Positions 59,255 to 64,000 of a stretch of 64,000 bases of DNA are shown one piece after another. The stretch's first letter is position 1. Each line of letters begins with the position of its first letter. Under the pieces are notes generated by a model, which saw nothing but the letters and a program-made list of their open reading frames with translations, was not told the DNA's origin and did no database searches. The DNA lies in assembly GCA_013239625.1 (NCBI GenBank), contig MU057344.1, positions 1,614,276 through 1,678,275 of the forward strand, read 5' to 3'. Made by a program: the position numbers and the translations under genes. Source of the stretch: Lama guanicoe (Eukaryota).

Positions 59255-59685
59255 CAGACAGAATCCGGCTTACCTTTTGTTTTTAACTTCACGATGGTGT
59301 GAAAGTGGTGCGCGTTCAGTAGAAACCCTGCTTCGAACTTTGAATTCGGACCTTTTCTGGGGCGAGCGTCGGGAAGTGGATGCTCCCCGGTGGCGCTGGG
59401 TGGCGCTGGAGCTCCCAGCCAGCCCTGCTCTCGTGACACACGTGCGAGTGTTCCGTCGCCAGACAGCCGTGCCCTTTCCATTGTCCGCACAGTATCTGAT
59501 ATTCAACGCTCTCCTCTGAGATGGGCTTTGTGTGCCACGATTTCGTCCGACGGCAGGCCGCGGGTTCTGAGCGTGGCTGAGGTGGGTGCGATCAGGCTGT
59601 GCTGTTTGCAAGTACTACGTGCATTTTCGACGTCCAGTATTTTCAGCTGATGGTGGGTGTATCAGGCCGTAACCCCATAAGCGGT
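59255..59685 (-). mobile_element. MER47-family (TcMar-Tigger) element
   Basis: acgatggtgtgaaagtggtgcgcgttcagtagaaacc...cttcgaactttgaatt...tgcattttcgacgtccagtattttcagctgatggtgggtgtatcaggccgtaacccca matches reverse MER47. Confidence 0.8.
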
Positions 59686-61489
59686 CAGGGAGGGTCTGGG
59701 GTCTGACAGTGACAAAGTATAAGCAGTCTGGCAGCAGACGTGGTGGGCAGAGGGCGAAGGTGTCCTGAGGAGGGGAGTGTCTGTGCTTCCGGGGACGCTG
59801 GGAGACCCTCGGGGCAGGGCCTGGAGCAAACAAGGCAGGAGCATCGGAGACCCCTTGGCAGGGCAGGGGTCTGGCTCAGGGAGCCCGCGGCCCTGTGTGC
59901 TTGCTGGTTGCAGCCGAGGGGCTGGTCCCCAAGGAGGAAGGCTGGCAGGAGCAGGGGCAGCAGCCCAGGTGAGGAAGAAGGGGTCCCGGGGCTACGTCCA
60001 AGCCCATGGACTGCAGAAGACGGCTCTGCACACCTCCCGGCTCCCCCAGCTCACTCGGGACTGTGGGAACGGGGGGCTCTGACTGGAGCCACAGGGTCGG
60101 GGAGGAGACACCTACCGCTGGAGAGCGTTCCTCCAAAATCTTCTGGAATCTTCTCTCCACGAAAAGCCGTCGCGGTCCAGCCACAGGCACGGACTCCAAC
60201 TGACTAGGTACGCTGTGTATTTGCAAGCTGCGTGCCCTTGGCTGTCCACAGTCCCCTGAGCGTCCGCTGCCTCGCCTGTTAACGGACCCAGGTTCACGAA
60301 GCAGCCCTACTCCCAAGGGCGGGAGTCTCCGCGGCTCCGGGCCTGACGTGACGGGAACCTCAGGACACAGTGACACCAGAGGACACACGGAGCGTCTCGC
60401 TGCCCAGACGCTGCCCAGGCAAGGAGCCGCAGCCCCAGACCCCAGCCCTGGGTCCAGGGGTTCCCGAGAGAGAAGTCAGCAGCAGCGGGGAAGCCCGAAC
60501 CCAGCCCTCCTCTTCTCCAAAGGCACTCGACGTCTCTCGGGTCATTCCCAAGGTCAAGGTGGCCAGGCAGGCCCTCCAGTTCTGGTCACCACAGTGCCTC
60601 CGGGATCCCTCGCTTCACCATCAAACGTTAGCCCGTCCGACCTCACCCCGCCTGCTTGCTGGAGCCACCTGTCAGCACTTGTGGTTGGGAAAGAAGGACG
60701 GACACCGGATGAGTCCACCGGGCCCTCCAGGCCAGTGAAGCCGAGGCCCCCAGGCTCCAGCGTGGGAGGAGATGGTCCAGAGCCACCTGGGCTCGGCCCC
60801 CTGCTGTCCCCACTGCCACCTCGGCTGCCTCCAGCTTCACCCGGGCTCTCCACACCCCGCTTCCAGTCTGCCGTGGACGGGGATCCCAGAGCGGCCGCAG
60901 GGAAGCGAGCTGCCAGCTCCGCACTGGGCCGGCTCTACCTGGACCCATTCTACCGATAAGGCCCAGAGACCCGCACCCTCCACTGCCAGCCTTCTGACTC
61001 CAGCCCCGGAAGACAGTGCGGTCACCAGCAGCTAAATGGCACCCTATGTGCTCAGGGCCAGAGACTCAGCCCACCTCCACGCAAGCCCAGGCTGGCGGCG
61101 GGGACCCGGGTGATCGCCCAGAGAGGTCCACGGGCTCATGCCAGGGCTGCAGCCCTGACCAGAAGGAACCGTGGGGCCTCATGCCCCCAGTTTCTGTGCA
61201 GAGGCCGGAGCGAGGACACATCTCGGAGGCCGGGCACCTTGCCGCAAAGGCAGGTGGCAGGCGGGCGGCTGCGCGGGGCCCGGTCCCAGGAGGAAGCTCA
61301 CTTTGAGGGTGGCCCTGTCTCAGAGCTTCCGCTTTGGAAAGTGGACGAAAGAATGTCACTGAGAGGTGGGGGGCGACATGGAGACCTCAGAGGACATGGG
61401 GGTCCCGTCTGCAGGGGGCGTGACCTCCACCCCAGCACAACCAGCGCGGCGCGTGTCCAAACGCACACTTAACGGGACCCTAAACTGAG

Positions 61490-61680
61490 CAGGTTTGTGT
61501 GCTTTGGCTTCTGGCCGGCAATCCAGACAAATGAAGAAGACTTAGAGAAGCTGAGCAGGTCGGAGGGCGTCTGAAATCTAACCTCTGGCTGAGGTTTAAA
61601 ACAAAAATACGCCCTCGGACATAAATCTGCAAACAGACTTTCCAAAGAGAAACATCTACTTCGTTCAAAACCCCCGTTAC
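61490..61680. promoter_or_regulatory. AT-rich candidate element
   Basis: Non-repeat island with CATAAATC, GCAAACA (FOX) and CCGTTA. Confidence 0.3.
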
Positions 61681-62097
61681 TCCGCGGCCCGTGCCTCGCC
61701 CCTGACGGTGCCAGGCCGGCCACGGGAGGCACGTCAGCAGGGTCAGGCCGCCGCCAGCCCCCCCTGCCCACCCTGCGCCTGGCACCCCCGCAGCCCCGCC
61801 AGGTGCGCAGGCCCCTGAGTGCGTGGGGTAGGGGAGGCTCGGGCCGGTCCTGGTGGCCGCCAGCACCTTCATCCCTGTGCATCGCCCTCGTGGAATGCCA
61901 GAGTCCCAGATCCCCTTGGGCAGCGGACAGACGAGGTTGTGACCTGTCGAGCCACAGACACCCACAGGGGCCACTAAACTGGTCATGCGCCAGCCCAGTC
62001 TGTGCTCTGGAGGGTTGTGGAGGGAAAGTGAGGCGGGAGAGTCGGGCGCTGGGCTGAACCATTGCATGGGGGCTTCAAGACGCTCCTGGATCATGGG

Positions 62098-62255
62098 GAT
62101 GTGTTCATATGTGTGTGCATGCGTCTACATGGTGGCCTGTGTGCATCTGTGAGTGTGTGCGTGTGTGTGCCTGTGTGCACGTGTGGGTGTGTGTTTTTGT
62201 GTGTGCACACGTGGGTAGATGCATGCACATGTGTGTTGATGTGGAGGGGGTGTGC
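62098..62255. repeat. Degenerate (GT)n tract
   Basis: gtgtgtgcatgcgt...gtgtgcacgtgtg. Confidence 0.9.
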
Positions 62256-62850
62256 CCAGCCCGCTGTGAAGTCTAACTCAGGAGAAAGAAGAGGCAGGGT
62301 CGCCTGAGAGCAGGCGTGCGCTTCTCCCTGAAGCCCTGGCTGTCCCCAGGGCCTCCTGCACTGAAAGCATCCAGTTGCTGCTTCTCCAACAGCCTCTCTT
62401 CTTTGCGGGAGAACGGTCCTCATCTGAGTTCTTAGGACCCTGATTTCTGAAGCTGCAGTCTTGGGGGCAGAGCGAGATCCCGGACCAAGCTGGGTTCCCA
62501 AGGCATGGCCCACAGGGTCCTTGTTTCTGCAGACAGGGACCTCTTTGCTCGAGGCCTTCCTGGTGGAGACGCCAGAGGAGGGCGGAAGGTCCACTGCAGG
62601 GCTGAGAGCCGGTGCGGTGGATGCTCTGGGCACACGGCACACAGCCCTGTCGGCTCTGGGTGGTGGGCCTGCCCTTCAGGTGGCTTGGGGCACTTTTCCA
62701 TTTGCCCTCTCTGCCTGGGGACGCCAGGTGGCCCAGGAGGTAGAGTTTCTCACTGATGTGAGGTTCCACCAACCTCTCACCCGGTGATCGAGAGCCTGAC
62801 ACCCTGAGCTTTGGTGCTGGAAAGAAAGAAGGAGGGGAAGAGACAGAGCC

Positions 62851-63070
62851 CACACACACACACCAGACACACGTGCACACACAGGCAGGCATGGCACACG
62901 TGCACACACGCGTGCAGTGCTCACATAAGACACACGAGGACACACACGTGCACGTGCACACAGCCCCACAAGCAAACGGGTACACACATGCACACGCGTG
63001 CGTGTGCACATAGACCCACGGACACATGTGTGCACACGCATGCACACACACAGCCTCACAGGCACACACA
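62851..63070. repeat. Degenerate (CA)n tract rich in CACGTG
   Basis: cacacacacacac...cacacgtgcacac repeated. Confidence 0.9.
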
Positions 63071-64000
63071 GAAACTGCCAGCTTGGTGAGGGTCTGGCCC
63101 CAGTCGCCACGTCTTCGGTTCTCATGCTTCCAGAGAAACAAACAAAGCAATCTCCGTTGTGGGGGCTGCGAGCGACCTCACCTGGCGTTTCACGGGAGAC
63201 CCCATCCAGGGAGAGGAGGGATCTGATGACAAGGGCAGAAGGAGACCCTGCCCCCACTCCAACCCCCCCCCACCGCGGGGACAGGGCTTCCCTGGGCCTC
63301 CAGGAACGCTCCCTGATCCCCAGATGAGATGGGCCATTGGGGACCAGATTCTCCTGCCCCTCCTCTGAGCAGAGAGGGGAGGCCAAGTGGGGGCTCCCTG
63401 GACGCTCTGCCTTCGGGCTTGTCACGAATGCACTGTCCACTGGCACGCTCTGTTTACCCCGTTGTCTGAGCAACAAGCTAAGAAACAAGGGTCTCAGAGG
63501 CCCCCCGGGTTCCCGACTTCTGGATTCAGAGGCTCCATTCAAAGTAGGGGTGCCAGGAGCACTGCCCTGTTTGTCTGTCCAGGGAGGGAGGCTGACGAGT
63601 CTTCCCCTGGGTTTGGCTCTGGCTCCAGCACCGGGCAGGGCCGCTCAGCTGGCTGGGGAAGCAGCGGAACGCAAGGAGTCGTGGCCACTGCGCCCTCTGG
63701 GGCTCCAGAAGCATCGGAAGGCCTCTGGGCGTGGACGGGGTGAGGGCTCTCTGAGCAGGACACGCCATGCACGTGGGCCCTGCCCTCCCGGCGCTGAGCT
63801 GGGAGCTGGGGCGCATCTGGGGCCGACAAGGGCCGACGGAGCCCACAGGACCAGCCGCCCGGAGGACCGTCTGACAGCAGCCACTGAGCCATCTCTGCCC
63901 CTCTTGGGGGGCTGTACCCAGCTCCCCCAAACTCTGGAGAGCAGGAAGGCCCCAGTTCTCAGGGTGATGAGCAGCCTTAGACCCCTCTCCTCTCCCGGAA

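Noticed and set aside
1-64000. Assigning a gene symbol such as PRDM16, CASZ1 or ZFPM1
   Set aside because: The landscape fits, but I found no exon of these genes, so no symbol is supported without alignment.

Overview
GC-rich, CpG-rich mammalian genomic DNA, most likely from a camelid: two tRNA-derived SINEs match the Vic-1 family as I recall it. I recognise no protein-coding exon, rRNA, tRNA gene or CRISPR array. The many ORFs in the track are explained by stop-codon scarcity at high GC, and several of the longest run through recognisable repeats. The window reads as one very long intron (or gene desert) of a developmental regulator. It has two components: (1) ancient transposon relics (L2, MIR, L1MB-like, MLT1, MER3, MER20, MER47, MER82, MER94), some rewritten to about 70% GC, and (2) about 25 short AT-rich, non-repeat islands dense in HOX/PBX/MEIS, homeodomain, GATA, TCF and bZIP motifs, which look like constrained enhancers. 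Repeat orientation suggests a host gene transcribed on the + strand. A PRDM16-type locus is only a guess, since no exon confirms it. There are two assembly gaps. I found no convincing novel biological system. The best leads are compositional footprinting of enhancers against a GC-biased background, a (UG)n-preceded frame-preserving candidate cryptic exon, a possible internal first exon, and a possible GC-AG microexon. Repeat family calls come from remembered consensus sequences, not from a search, and their boundaries are approximate.
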